Position numbers and translations under genes: made by a program. Positions 36,181-49,500 of a DNA stretch of 64,000 nt are shown piece after piece. This stretch comes from Callorhinchus milii (taxonomy: Eukaryota). The DNA lies in the NCBI RefSeq assembly GCF_018977255.1, contig NW_024704743.1, forward strand, positions 15,130,001 through 15,194,000, written 5' to 3'. The notes below the pieces were generated by a model, which was given only the letters and a program-made list of their open reading frames with translations, had not been told where the DNA came from and ran no database searches. The number at the start of each line of letters is the position of its first letter. The stretch's first letter is position 1.

Positions 36181-39100
36181 TTGGCATATGTAATGTTGTT
36201 CATTGGGGAGGAAGGGGGAAGCCTCAGACTTTTTTTGGTGGGGGGTCAGCTGGGTCATCCTGCTTAAGATTATCCAAACCAGACTGTGAGTTCCATGCAT
36301 TCCACCAAAACAAATTCCCAGCCAGCTCAGCTCCAAAGAGACCCAACTGATCCTCTCTACTCCTCCCCCAGGAGGATAGTCACTCTTTGGTCATTTGACA
36401 TCTGTGCAACACAGTTTAACATGAAATGGGTTAGAGGATTGCCACCATCGCCCTTCCCATTGAGTGATGGTTCCACCATTTGGAAATACGGAGCTTGAGC
36501 AGCAGCTGCTTATCTCTCTGCAAACGGATCAAGGTGGATTCCATGCTCTGGATTTACAAACGCATGTTCACAAAGTCGGACTCCAGGCAACGGCTTCCAG
36601 TAAGCTGTCACCCCAAGCCTCAGAGTTTCCTCATCATCTATCTGATTCACATATTATTATTATCTTCCTAGTCTTTAGTTTTGGGTTGACTTTGGATATG
36701 GAGTAAACTGTACAAAGGCGCCCACATCTTAAGGTTAAATACTATATGCAGCACAGTAAATCTGTCCCAACAGATGAGCTAATCCAGTTGAATCAGATTG
36801 TACCTGTGTTTAAAAAGGTCACAGTATTGTAAACTGCTTTTTGTCACATACTTCTGTTCAGTTATAGGGAAACATTTGTTGAATAGTTTGGGATTTTTTA
36901 TTCAACTGTGTTATTTTAGTTTCTATGTACAAATAATGCTTTGCCATCAGACATTTGGGACACTGACGGTTCGAGAGTTTGGTGCCAAACTAATTATTAT
37001 CACGTGAATGTCATCGACTTATCTACTATGTGTAAGGATTTCCTCCTAAACCATATCATAATCTTTTTTTCTCTTGCCTTTAATAAAGTGATATGATCGT
37101 AGTGTTCGCATGTTCGGTGGCAGAAATGTTTTTTGTATCTTCTCTTTTACTGACGTTTTGTGTTCTATCCATTAATTGAGGTATATACAGCCTCAGGGAA
37201 ATTTATTCCAATCATTTGTCCATTGCTATGGGTAATGGCAGTAAATTGTTTTAAAGATCTGGCAGATTTTTGGGGGATTTTCCTGCAATGATTGACACTT
37301 ATGACCTTTGCTTGTATTGTTTACTGATCAGACACAATTTTCAGCTGCAGAGCTTCTTGTGAATGTTTAATTGGATGGAAGAAACTTTTTTCAGAGTACA
37401 TTGGCTTCAAGCAAAAGAGTTGTGATTTATGGTTTGCTCAAATCAGAGCAAATCAGAATGAGAATGAACTTCAGATTGGAGTTAACAGAACAGTCATCTG
37501 AGGAGAAGAGAAGCTATTGATACTTCAGGGGCCCCATACTGTACAACCCTTTCCACCTTAAGTCACAGAACTGTTTAACACATACATAAGTGATAGTTTT
37601 AGTGTTTCCTGCCACCAAAGCAACAATCTAATTCATCCTGTATCTACAACATTCCAGATCAATGTACCCTGCACGTTGTCCCGACGTGAAAGGCGCGATA
37701 CAAATGTAATCTTGTTGTTGTTGTGTCGTATATAAATGCAAGGTGTTGTGCGAAAACATTCTCTACTCTCAATTGTAACTAATTTTGCTCTGATTTTAAG
37801 ATTATATTCCTTGTATCCGATAAGGGAATGTGTCATGCATCCTCAATCTAGTTTGCTAGTTCTCTTGATTATTTAAAGCACCTTATTCAGATTAGCCCAT
37901 ACTCTCTTCAGCTGTTGAATATAAACCATGTTTCCTAACACTACCTTTATCCCATCTATATCAGATTGGATGAAGGAACTTTACCCGTTCTGATTTTTGT
38001 CAAGGCGAATGCTCGGGAGGTGGATTGCTGCAAGTATCAGAAGAACATCAAATTGAACCTCAAGATGGTGACTAGATTTTTTTTGATGTAAACATTTTTT
38101 TGGTCAGCTGGAATTCTGACAGATTAAAACCCACCACTATGCATAAGAGTATCCAAACCAAACTGAGAATTCCATGCATTACATGTATACGTGGAAATTC
38201 CAGAGATGTTGTTAGGAATGGAATGCGCACCCTCTCCCTGGAGAGACAACGCATCCTGCTTACCTAATTCCGGAAAGTATTAAGCGCAGGTTGGCAAGAC
38301 CCAGGGCTTTAGCTGGAATCCAACCAGCTAAAACCACATAGCTTGCCATTGATACCACTGTCTGGTAAGCTTTCTTGCTGCTTGTCCAGCTAGGACCACT
38401 ATACCCATTAGGGCTTTGGCTTGCAGGGTTAACGTCCTGCCGACGAGCCAGCTTGGCTGTGCTGTCATCAGCAGTGCCCTGGAATACTGCGGACCTGCCT
38501 GGCTCAGGAGCAGGACTACCACAGAGGATTAGCTTGATTCTGACGTTCTGTTGCCAGCATGTCACCTTGGAGCCAATTCGGCTCCAAGCAGACATCATTC
38601 TTCCTTTATAGTCAGCATTATTCATAAGATCTGAGCAGACAAGAGTCACTAACCCTTATTGGTCAAAGAAAATGTGTTTTTTCCAGTCTCTATTATAGAG
38701 TGAGAGGAAGATTACAAATAAGCTTCCATTTCCACTTTGTTTCCACTGCAGTTATTTTTATTTTAAAAAAAGGAAATCTGAAATAAGATACTAGAAATGC
38801 ACAACTGTTTGATCAACATCTGAAAATTCATGTTTCGAGTATGATCTTTGATTAGGATCAGCCTCAAGTGGTGGGTTTCCAAAATCCCGAGAACTTCAGT
38901 AAAGGTAATAAAAATATTTAAGTGTATTTTATTTAATTGAGCGGAGGCATATTTTAAACAAATGGTGCTGTCAGTCACCAGATTAATTTAGTATTTTAAC
39001 TTTAATTTTTAAATGCAGTCTAATCTTTTCTTCTGCTCTTCAGTTCTATTTTGGACAATGTGCCTGAACATCCATATTATTTCAATTCAGCAAGTTGTCT

Positions 39101-39894
39101 GCAGTAACGGAAGGAAGTTTCTCTCAGCTATTTGGTTGAATGAATTGGATGTTTTGTTGGCTCTTGATCTATTAGTGGTTGATTGTAGAACGATACATTG
39201 CATCATCTATCTCCCCCTCTTTTCCCCTGGTCTATCTTGATTGTAATTCTCCCTTATTTAGTTACCTGCACATTAAAATTGAACCATTATCCAGTAGAGT
39301 AAAATATAATAATCTTTGCTTTTGATGTAGCACTCTCCATGTCTCAAATTGCTTCAGTTATGTGTAAAGTGTAGTGACTGTATATTGCTAGATGAATAAA
39401 ATCATAGAATATCCCCTTATAAAGAGTTGTGGTGGTAAGCTCATGAAGTTGACATTTTTTTTAACATTGGGAGCCAGTGAACCCAGGTATCACAGCACCA
39501 TTTCAATGCAGATTGGAAGTTTTGGACCTTGACCACAGAGCTCCACTGAATGTGTATTGGTGTTCCAGTACCATGTTAATCTTTTCACACACCATTAAAT
39601 GTGACCAGAATGTGGCAGCAGATTTCCTGTGAAGGAACAGTGTGTGTATGAGTCGCCTACAAAATACATTTTACGATATATTCTGCAAAGCACTTTGAGA
39701 CATCTCAATAACGTGATAAGGCTCTATAGCAAATGCGAAGATTATAGTTATTATCATGCAGATACTGAAAATCAGATATCGGTTCTCGGTGGTTGACACT
39801 TTTGAAAAATCTGCCACCAAAGGATATGTTGTGAGCGGTTTGGAGATAATCAATTTAACTCAAGCTATGAAATAATTACAACTTTCTCTGTTAC

Positions 39895-40823
39895 ATTTGT
39901 TTAATTTCAAAATTTGCAGACGACACCAAATTGGGGGGAGTAGTTAATACAGAGGAGGCCTGCAACAAATTACAGCAAGACATTAATAAACTTCTGAATG
40001 GGCATTTAAATGGCAAATGCATTTCAATGTAGAAAAGTGTGAGGTGATACATTTTGGTATAGAAGGAATAAGGAAGTTTCAAAGACCTGAAACATAAAAA
40101 CCTAAATGGGGTAGAGGAGCAAAGGGATCTGGGGTATACATACACAATTCACTAAAAGTATAAAAAAGGCAAACGAGGCATTGGGGTTCATTTCTTGAGG
40201 GATAGAAATGAAAAGCAGGGAAGTTATGGTAAACTTCTATAGAACCTTGTTTAGACCACACTTAGAACACTGTGTGCAGTCCTGGTCCCCACATTATAGA
40301 GGAATATAGAGGCACTGGAGAGGGTGCAAAGAAGATTCACAAGGATGATCCCAAAACTGAGAGGTTATATCTATCAGGAAAGGCTGAACATGCTTCGACT
40401 CTTCTCTTTAAAAGAGAAGGGTAAGGGGTGACCTCAAAGAGGTCTTTAAAATTATGAAAGGTTTTGATTGGGTAGACATAGGGAAGATGTTTCCACTTGT
40501 GGGGAGACCAAAACCAGAGGCCATCAATATAAAATAGTCACAAATAGATCAAATAGGGAAATTAGAAGAAATTTCTTTACACAGAGAGTAGTGGGAATCT
40601 GGAACATCCTACCACAAGGAGTTGTTGAATCAAATAGCATAGATGTATTTAAGGAGAAGCTAGATAGGTACATGAGGGAGAAAGGAATAAAAGGTTATGC
40701 TTGAAGGCTTAGTTGAGGAAGGGCAGGAGGAGGCTCATGTGGAGCATAAACACCGGCATAGACCAGTTGGGCCAAATGCTCTGTTTCTGTGCTGTATATT
40801 CTAATGTATTCTAATATATTCTA
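39895..40823 (+). mobile_element. CR1 LINE 3' ~0.9 kb
   Basis: ISKFADDTKLGG, WQMHFNVEKCEVIHFG, TRGH..RRNFFTQRVVGIWN; ends in a tandem tattctaa-like tail. Confidence 0.9.
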
Positions 40824-41096
40824 GTTTGTCACTGCTGTGAATGTTGCCCACAGTTAGCATTCATTATGTAAGTGAATTGAATCAACAACACCGCAAGACA
40901 TTGTAGATAAAATCTTTGCTTCTAGATAGTTTCAAAGCACCAGTATTAAACCACTGTATTCAAGGGTAGGGTGACTACGAGAAATCATAACATTAAAGTA
41001 GACCTGGAATGGAAAAAAAAATCTATTTTCATTCTATCCCAAAAATGCATTTTTTTTAAAAATTGCTCACTACTAATATTACTTTATATAGAGTTT

Positions 41097-42670
41097 CTAC
41101 ATAAGAAATGCTAGACAAAAAAGAGACCAAGGTCCATCTAGTTCGCCTTCCACCTTCCTGGCCGTTGCATGCACATGTGTCTCAAACTACCTGTGCACTA
41201 TACTCCATAATATTATTTCCTAAAGAAAACTATCTAATCTGTGTTTGAAGGAATCAACATTTCCTGCTTCAAACTTTTCCCTAGGGAGCCTGTTCCACAG
41301 GTTTACTATTCACTCACTGAAATAGTATTTCTGTAAACTCATTCTGAATTTACTCCCCTTCAATCTCAGGCCATGTCCTCTGGTTTTACTATTCCGGACT
41401 AGTTGAAACAGCCTGTCATGATCTACATTGTCTAGTCCCTTTAGAATCTTAAAGCAGCAATCATATCGCCTCTCAATCTTCTCTTTTCCAGGGTGAGCAT
41501 GCCTAATTTACTGAGTCGCTCCTCATTGCCCAGTCCCTCCATTCCCTCAACCGTCTGGTAGCCCTTCTCTGTAAGCTCTCAATTTCTCCCATTTCCTTTT
41601 TGTACTGCGGCGACCAGAATTGTACACAGTACTCTTAAGTACCTTTGCACCAATGATTTATACAGTGGCAGGATTACCCCACTATTTTGGCTTGCTTTTT
41701 TTGATACTATATATATACATATATATATATTTTGATATATATACATATATAATATATTTTTGATACATATATATATTTGATACATCACAACATCTGGTTT
41801 GGTTTATTCACTGCCTTCAATTTATGGTCAATCAATCCTTTTCATTTTCCATACATATTATTTTCCTTCCGTTCAAATAATAGTCCCTTCCTGGATTTTT
41901 TGGTTCCCCATGTGAAGTACTTTATATTTTTCCATATTGAATTTCATCTGCCACCTGTCTGCCCAATTCCCAAGTATGTTCAAATCCTGTAACCTATCTT
42001 GTTCAGCTTTGCAATCGACCACATTCATTAGCTTGGTGTCATCTGCAAACTTAGCTACTGTGCTTGTGATTCCTAGTTCCAGATCATTTATAAAAATATT
42101 AAACAAAAGAGGTCACAAAACCCTTGTGGAACTCCACTGGTAACATTTTCCCAATCTGATGACATTCCCTGTACCACCACCCTCTGGGTTCTTCTGGTCA
42201 ATCAGTTATGTATCCATTCTAATATCCCGACCCAACTGTCCAGAGCCTTGGGACGTCCTCCCGACGTGAAAGGCGCTCTATAAATAAAATCTTGTTGTTG
42301 TAATATATTTCCACTGATTCCTGGTTTATTTACTTTCAATACCAGTTTCTCAAGAGTAACTGTATCAAAGGCCTTACTGAAATCTAAATATACGCATCCA
42401 CAGCCTTACCCTTGTCAAGCTTTCTTGTCACACTGTCAAAGAAAACAGTAAATTAGATTGGCAAGACCTACCCTTCATGAACCCATATTGGCTATCATTT
42501 ATGATTTTATTTCTGTCCAGGTGCTCTGTGATTTTATCCTTAATAAGAGTCTCTGTAATTTTACCCACAATGGGTGTCAAACACACTGGTCTGTAGTTTC
42601 CTGGGTCACGTTTGTTACTTTTCTTAAAAATAGGAATAACATCTGCCTTTCTCCAGTCCCCCAGCACCTC
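41097..42670 (-). mobile_element. CR1 LINE RT/3' region, interrupted by an AT-rich microsatellite (~41705-41776) and an L2 tail (~42230-42300)
   Basis: DWRKADVIPIFKK, DPGNYRPVCLT, FNIFINDL, KFADDTKL, WQMKFNMEKYKVLHMG. Confidence 0.9.
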
Positions 42671-42759
42671 TCCAGTGTTCAGCTTCTCATTCCTAATAGT
42701 TTATCATTTGTCCCTGTCATAAACCATCATCAACATAAACCTCTCCCTGTCCACTGGCA

Positions 42760-44378
42760 CTGTTCCCACTCCTTTAAAAACGGCTTTCATCACTCCTATC
42801 CTTAAAAAACCCTTCCTGGACCCATTCCTGCTTGCAAACTACTGCCGCATCTCCAACCTCCCTTTCCTTTCCAAGTTCCTGGAATGAGTCAATGCTTCCC
42901 AGCTTCGCTCCTTCCTCTCCTGTCACTCCCTTCACAAACCGCTCCAATCAGGTTTCCGTGCTGCCCACAGCACAGTAACAGCTTTGGTCAAAGTGACAAA
43001 TTAAATTTTGTCTATCTATAATAATAATACTTGCATTTGATATAGCGCTTTTCACGTCTTCTAGATGTCTCAAAGTGCTTCACAGAATATACTGTAAAGT
43101 GAATTGACTGCATATTATGCGGGCGAAACGATCTGCGACCAGGGCTCACTTTGCCTCCTTGACCTCTCTGCTGCCTTTTATACCGTTGACCAATTTATCC
43201 TCCTCTTGCCTCAACCTTCATGGTTCTGTCCTTGAATGGTTCACATCCTACCTCTCACACCATCTCTATTTCATCTCCACAAATGGTTTCTCCTCTAGCC
43301 CCACACTGTCTCATGCAGCGTTCCTCAGCGCTCTGCCCTTGGTCCCCTCCTTTTCAATATCTACATGCTCCCTCTTGGTGACATCATCCGCAGACATGGG
43401 GTCAACTTCCACACGTATGCAGATGACACCCAACTCGATCTCTCTGCCTCAACACTTGACTCCTGATAGAATGTCTGTCAGACATCAAATCCTGGATGAG
43501 AGCTAACTTTCTTCAGTTGAATGTCAACAAGACCGAGGCTCTCCTGATTGGTTCCTGTCAGCACCTCCACACCTCAGGCGCTGACAGCATCACCATCCAT
43601 GGTTGCACACTCCACCTCACTGAGCCAGTCTGGATCCTTGGTGTCTTGTTTGACCCTCAGCTGTCCTTTCTACCCCACATCCATGCCTTGACCCACTCTG
43701 CCTTCCCCCACCTCCGCAAAATTGCCCGGCTCTACGACACTCACACTGCAGGCCACCGAAATTCTCATATACGCATTCATAACATCGAGGCTTGACTATG
43801 CAAAGTCCCTGCTTGTCGGCCTCCCCAGCTTCTTCCGCCGTAGCCTGCAGATCATCCAGAACTCTGCAGCCCGTGTTCTCTCCCTCACAAGGCTCTGCGT
43901 TCCTATCACCCCCATTCTTGGCCGACTCCACTGGCTTCCCATCACACATAGGATACATTTCAAGATCCTGGTCCTCATCTTCAAAGTTATCCATGGCTTC
44001 GCTCCCCCCTACCTCTGTGATCTCCTAACCCCCTACCAACCTGCCCGTTCCGTCTGCTCAGCGGGCCTGCTTCATATCCCCTGCCTCACCCACCCCACCA
44101 TTGGCAGGCGGGCCTTCAGGGACTCTGCCCCCCACCCTCTGGAACTACATCCTTCGGTTACTTCACCTCGCCCCCCCTCCCTTACCTCCTTCAAAACCTA
44201 TCTCAAGACCCTTCTCTTCAACCTTGCTTTCAATCACCCTCCTTCACCCCCCACCCCAACCTCCACCCTCCCCGATCCTGAACCCCAGCTCGGGTCTGAA
44301 ACACTGATTGTCCAGCAGTTTGGGACGTCCTCCCGACGTCAAAGGCGCTATACAAATGTAATTTTGTTGTTGTTGTTA
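42760..44378 (+). mobile_element. L2 LINE 3' ~1.6 kb with an inverted SINE tail inserted at ~43018-43130
   Basis: RT through C-terminal motifs (YADDTQL, MRANFLQLN, ITSRLDY, LHWLP) and 3' stem-loop with (TTG)n tail. Confidence 0.9.
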
Positions 44379-46199
44379 TATTGTTTATATAAAGATGTGC
44401 TTATTGTTAATGGTAGTTTTATTTAGAGGTGCAGCCTGCTCATATCAGTTTATAATATCCTAATAATCCTTGCATTCGATCTAGCGCCTTATCACGTCTT
44501 CGAGACGTCTCAAAGCGCTTCACAGAATTAACTGTATATTTTGTGGGCAAAATGCGGCAGCAAATTGTGTACAGCTTTGTCCCACGAAAAGTCGTGGATT
44601 GAAGTGACCAATTTTTTTTTTTGGAAGGAATTATTACCCCCGGAAAAGTGATCCGACAATCGACTAACAACCAGGTTCCTACTTTTGTTAGGTAAACAGA
44701 AGTGTGTAGAGTAAGGAAATTTGCCCAACATTTTGCTCTGCCAGGAATCAAACCCACGTCTCTCGCTTGCGAGGTGAGTGCTCTAACCGCTGAGTTACAG
44801 TTTATACCGAAGAATCGTGTTATAAAGCAGTCGTTGAGGTAAAATTCCAACCTGCCTTATAATTGGGTTGAATTATCAGACAGTGCTTTCGCATCACAAA
44901 TCACATAGGTGGTGAAAGCAGCTTGCTTTGTGTGCTTACAAACTTGTCAACATCCAGGAGATCCAGGAGATTGCTGCCAACTTCATTTGATGTACACTGA
45001 GCATGTTGCTGTGCAGGAAGTGACACTTGCATCGTTTCGCGAGCAAAAATAACTGAGTTAGTAAAGCTCAACATTAAAAACATACTGGAATGTAAAATGA
45101 TTGTTGACATATTCATACTGGCTATCCTATTGCTAAATTTGGATTGTTCAGTATTCAAATAATAGTAGTTAATACTTTAATTCTGAATTTTAACAATCTG
45201 TTTTTTCAATTTAATACTTTAAAAGTGATAATGTTAATATTTTTTTCCTTTAAAAAATCCAGCAGTTGGATTAGAGCGTGCACCATGGATTGTTACATGC
45301 CCATAATATAATAATATTTTTTTTATTTCAAGCGTTTGAAATTATTACATTCTTGAGACGTTATATTATAATGATAATATATGAATAATAATCCTTGCAT
45401 TAGAATTTGTTTTAAAAAAATTATAATTATCACATTGAGAGTCTCAGAGAGCCTCAGAGAATATACTGTAAAGCATATTTTGTGGACGAAACACGACAGT
45501 AAATTGCACGGCAGAGCAGTGTCCCTCAGTCATGGATTAATCAATTTTTTTTGTCCTTGAATTTGATATAGCGCCTTATCATATCATTGAGACTTGTAAG
45601 CGCTCTGAGACGCTGTCCGGCGTGGAGGGCGCTATATAAATCCAAGTTGTTGTTGTTATTGTCCATGGTGACTTGATCCATTGTGCATTGGATGGTCATC
45701 CCAGGCCATGCTTGTGAATTCATTGTGTGAATAACAGAAACTTGGGAGCAATACCCACCCTCTCAACTGAGAGTTGGTGCGGAGAAAATATCTTGAGGGA
45801 ATCTGTTTCTCAAAAAACAATTGTTTAATAATGTTTACAGTTCAACTAAAAGAATAAATCCCATGTATGTTAATGGTGAATAAATTTTGCTAAACATGTG
45901 TTGATTTAAATATTATCTCATAAACAATTAAGTTAATATTTTTCTCTGAATTTTAAGAGCACAGAGCAGTGACAATATGTTGTGAACAATTCTAGAATGT
46001 GTCCCATTTTATGGCACAAGAACAGATTGTTTTGTTTGAATCCTGTATTACTCTGGGGATGTTGAAATTATAAATAAGCCTGCGGCATTGCACGCTGAAT
46101 GTTTCCTTTTATTAAAAAATCTTTCCTTTAGTTATTTAATATTCATATCTGTCTATGAGGTGGTCATTTTTTTAAGAAACCTGATTAGGATGCAAAACA

Positions 46200-46902
46200 G
46201 CACAAATGGGCCTCACCCTGTTGGTTGACATTTATTAATTGAATTTGAGCTCCAGCAGTAATGAATACAGAGCACAGACTTAGGCAGATATGTAAGGCCA
46301 GCTGTACAGTAAACTAGCAATTAAAATATCTCTTTGAGACGTGCGAGACAGTAATATCCTGCTTTGTGTATCATGCAGTGTTTATCTGTTGGGCAAAATG
46401 AATAACTGCTGCCGGTTTGATGCAGGAAATGAAGGATACACCACTGCTCGGAGTCATTCAATTGTCAATTATTGGAGAAAAAATAGCTGTGTAACTGATA
46501 CACACAAAAGGAAGTAGAATGTAGAGAAACATATAGCTTCTGCACTTTTTGATGTGATTGTTGGATTCTGTTGCAGATACGCAAGGTTTGGTTGGTAAAA
46601 TCTGTAATAAAGGGTTGCGGGTGTGCAGGAAAACAGGATTTATATGCATGAGAAATTCTCACCTCCTCTCCAGGACTGACTGTATAGGATGATGTCACCT
46701 TCCAGCTGATTGGCTGCTGAGAATCGAGTGAAGGGAGAAAGGGTAAAGATGCCGCACAAGCCTCAGTGCTGTCTGTATTCACCGAGTATATTTTTAGATG
46801 GGGACTTACATTGATTATTATTATCGGAAATTAACTGCACTTGGCCATGTGATCTATTGGGATGCTCTTACATGAAAAGAATTGAAGGCTTTAAAAGAAG
46901 GA
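46200..46902 (+). promoter_or_regulatory. Putative internal promoter/5' UTR region of the beta-like isoform
   Basis: No recognisable TE directly upstream of the MRRLICKRIC exon; position inferred from the exon, TSS unknown. Confidence 0.4.
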
Positions 46903-46936
46903 ATGAGACGGTTGATTTGCAAGAGGATCTGTGCCT
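46903..46936 (+). CDS. CLASP2: Alternative start exon, coding part MRRLICKRICA(Y); CLASP2-beta-like N-terminus
   Basis: ATGAGACGGTTGATTTGCAAGAGGATCTGTGCCT|gtaagt; phase 1. Joining to 47337 gives MRRLICKRICAYKSFDD; recalled mammalian CLASP2-beta begins MRRLICKRICDYKSFDD. Confidence 0.88.
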
Positions 46937-47336
46937 GTAAGTTGCACAATCTGGGTGGAAAAGACAGAGAGCTGGTGACACAAAGTGGGAGGCTGTGTAG
47001 GCTGGAGCGCATACAAAAACAGCAGAAACAACAAGGATTTGCCTCATAAGTGCATTTTGGCATTTAAAAAAGGATTGAAATGTCAATATAACAGACTTGA
47101 ATGCAGATTTACACCAATCTCAGTTGAAGTGCTTAGTATATAGGACGAAAAAGGCTAGATTAATGCTGCTTCATCAGGGTGGGTATATTTTCATGTTATA
47201 CAGTCACACTGGTCACGGAGAAAGAAATCATAGTAATGGATATTGATTTTTCTTTCACCAAGGTGACTTGGACATACTGGATATTTTAAATTGTCTGTAC
47301 CTTCATAAAACAAAAACATTTTGTCTTTTTTTAAAG

Positions 47337-47477
47337 ATAAAAGCTTCGATGATGAAGAGTCTGTGGATGGAAGCAAATCATCAGCTAGTTCTTCATTTAA
47401 GGTACCAGCCACGAAGAAAATGGGAAGTACAAACACTGGTGGCAAGAGATCAGCCTCAGCACACGGATCAAAATCAG
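47337..47477 (+). CDS. CLASP2: CLASP2 coding exon common to all three isoforms, (D)KSFDDEESVDGSKSSASSSFKVPATKKMGSTNTGGKRSASAHGSKS(G)
   Basis: T-rich tract + aaag acceptor, G|gtattg donor; 141 nt, phase 1 to 1; KSFDDEESVDG and FKVPA are CLASP2-type motifs. Confidence 0.95.
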
Positions 47478-48814
47478 GTATTGATTTTCTATTCTATACA
47501 CTGTGACTTGACTTTGCATTCTAGGTTTAATTGCCAGTAATATATAAAGAAGGATGTGTCATTCAAGTGTGTCATCATAAGTAAGATAAAATGTTATTTC
47601 AACATCTGTCTGGCCTAAAATTAATTCTCTGAATTTTAATGTTTTGTCAATCTGTTACTGTTCTTTATGAAGAGGGTAGGTAGAGGCATGGAATTGTTTG
47701 CCAGAAGCCATTGTTAAATCAGAGTCCTTATTATTTTGGAAAGGGAATTAGATAAATGCTTGAAAAAGATGAACATTAAGGATATGGGAGCAAGCAGACT
47801 GTGGGATTTGATTAGGTGGCTCATATGGAGAAAGAAATCATCACATGGACTTGATGTAATGAATGGCCTGTTTCTGTGCTGTAACATTCTGTGATTCTAT
47901 TAAATGGGATCATAATGCAGTTGTAGAAGACTATGATAAAGAGAAACATCTTAGAAATTGTAGTTGTATTCTAAAATAGCAATGGGTGAACTGAAGGTAC
48001 AACAAATTGCAAGTAGATTTGAGGGAAAATCCAGGTTTCCGAATTGCTCCATGGTCTTAAATGTTAAGAGTGCACTTGTTGATATCTTCGATAACCCCTG
48101 TTGTATTGCACTGGATAGTGCTTTATTGACTTAAAAGTGATGCAGAGGCTTCCCTGATGGCTCATCAAGTTTATTCAGTGATTGGCTAATCCATACAGCC
48201 TAGGCAAGACTTTGTTTCAATCTCTGGTATGTGCTATATCTGATTAGCTGATCTTATCTGGGCTGACAGTGCTATGATTGGTCTCAGGATCCAATTCTGC
48301 TGCTGTCTGCTGTCCAGGGACCCCTGTTGTAGGTGCATGTGTGTAAACATGCTATATAAGTTGTTGTTATGTGCGTACATCTGATGCAGATGGGATCGAC
48401 TGATGTCCCCCTCTCGAATAGCCTGCTAACATGCTCTGTTGATGCCATGGTAATGATGAGTTACCCATGGATGGTTCCCCAGAGAAGGCAAAAAGGAAGG
48501 GAAAAAATGGCAGAAAAAAGTAAAAAGAAATGGCAGTGAGGGGTGTTTCCTGCTTCCTTTACTTTGATATGGGCATGAAAAGCAGATGGCTCAGCGTACA
48601 TACACAGATAATAATAATTCCTTGCAAAGCGCTTCGCAGAATATACTATAAAGTGAAATGATTGTATGTTTTGTGAGCAAAACACATGTGAAGTACTGCT
48701 TGCAGACCATAACTAACGAGATTGTTGATAAGAATAAAAGCTGTGGAATTGGAAGAGGCAGAAAGGTCCTACAAAGAGAGCTGATAAGATATGCCTATGG
48801 GCTGATTACTGGCA

Positions 48815-49500
48815 AATAACATTCATTACAATGAATGAAAGGTACTGCATATTGGAAGTAAGAAAAGCAAACTGGTGCACTCCGTGGATGGGGTAGAATT
48901 TCCTAAGGGGGAGGCTGAAAGAGATCTAGGGATGTTGGTTGACTTATCGCTGACTATGTCAAAACAAAGTGAGGCAGCAATTAATAAGCCAAACTGGATG
49001 CAAGGCCAAATTGCTAAATCATTTGAATTTGGATCTCCAGACATCATACTGTGGCTTTCTAGTGCTTGGTCAGGCCACACCTGGAGTACTGGACACAGTT
49101 CTGGTCACCGTGCCCAGGCTCTCGAGGCAGTGCAGAGGAGAGCAATGAGGGTGACCCCCAGTGTTGGAGGATGCATTATGAGCATTGATTAGCCAAGCTA
49201 GGGCTCTTCAATTTTGAGAGAAGATGACTGAGGGGATGCTTTTGAGGTGTGTAAAATTTTAAATAGGATTGAAAAGTAAATCCAGAACAATACTGTCGGG
49301 AGTACCAAAACAGAAGAGCAAGAGGATATAGGCTTCAAGAGTTGCAGAGAGCAATTTCAGGAAACTTCCAGGAAGTTTTTCTTTATTCAGAGGTAATTAA
49401 TGACTTGAACAGATTGATGGTAAGAATGGTTGAAGCCAGGACACGTTTAAAAAGCAGCTTGATACTGTGATGGGAGGACAGCAGAGTGGGTTTTCTTCGG
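48815..49500 (+). mobile_element. Old CR1 LINE 3' fragment
   Basis: KVLHIG, ERDLGMLVD, RPHLEY, LEAVQRRAMR motifs. Confidence 0.75.

Noticed and set aside
46762..46787. REST/NRSE site upstream of the beta exon
   Set aside because: Only a partial half-site (gtgctgtc) matches.
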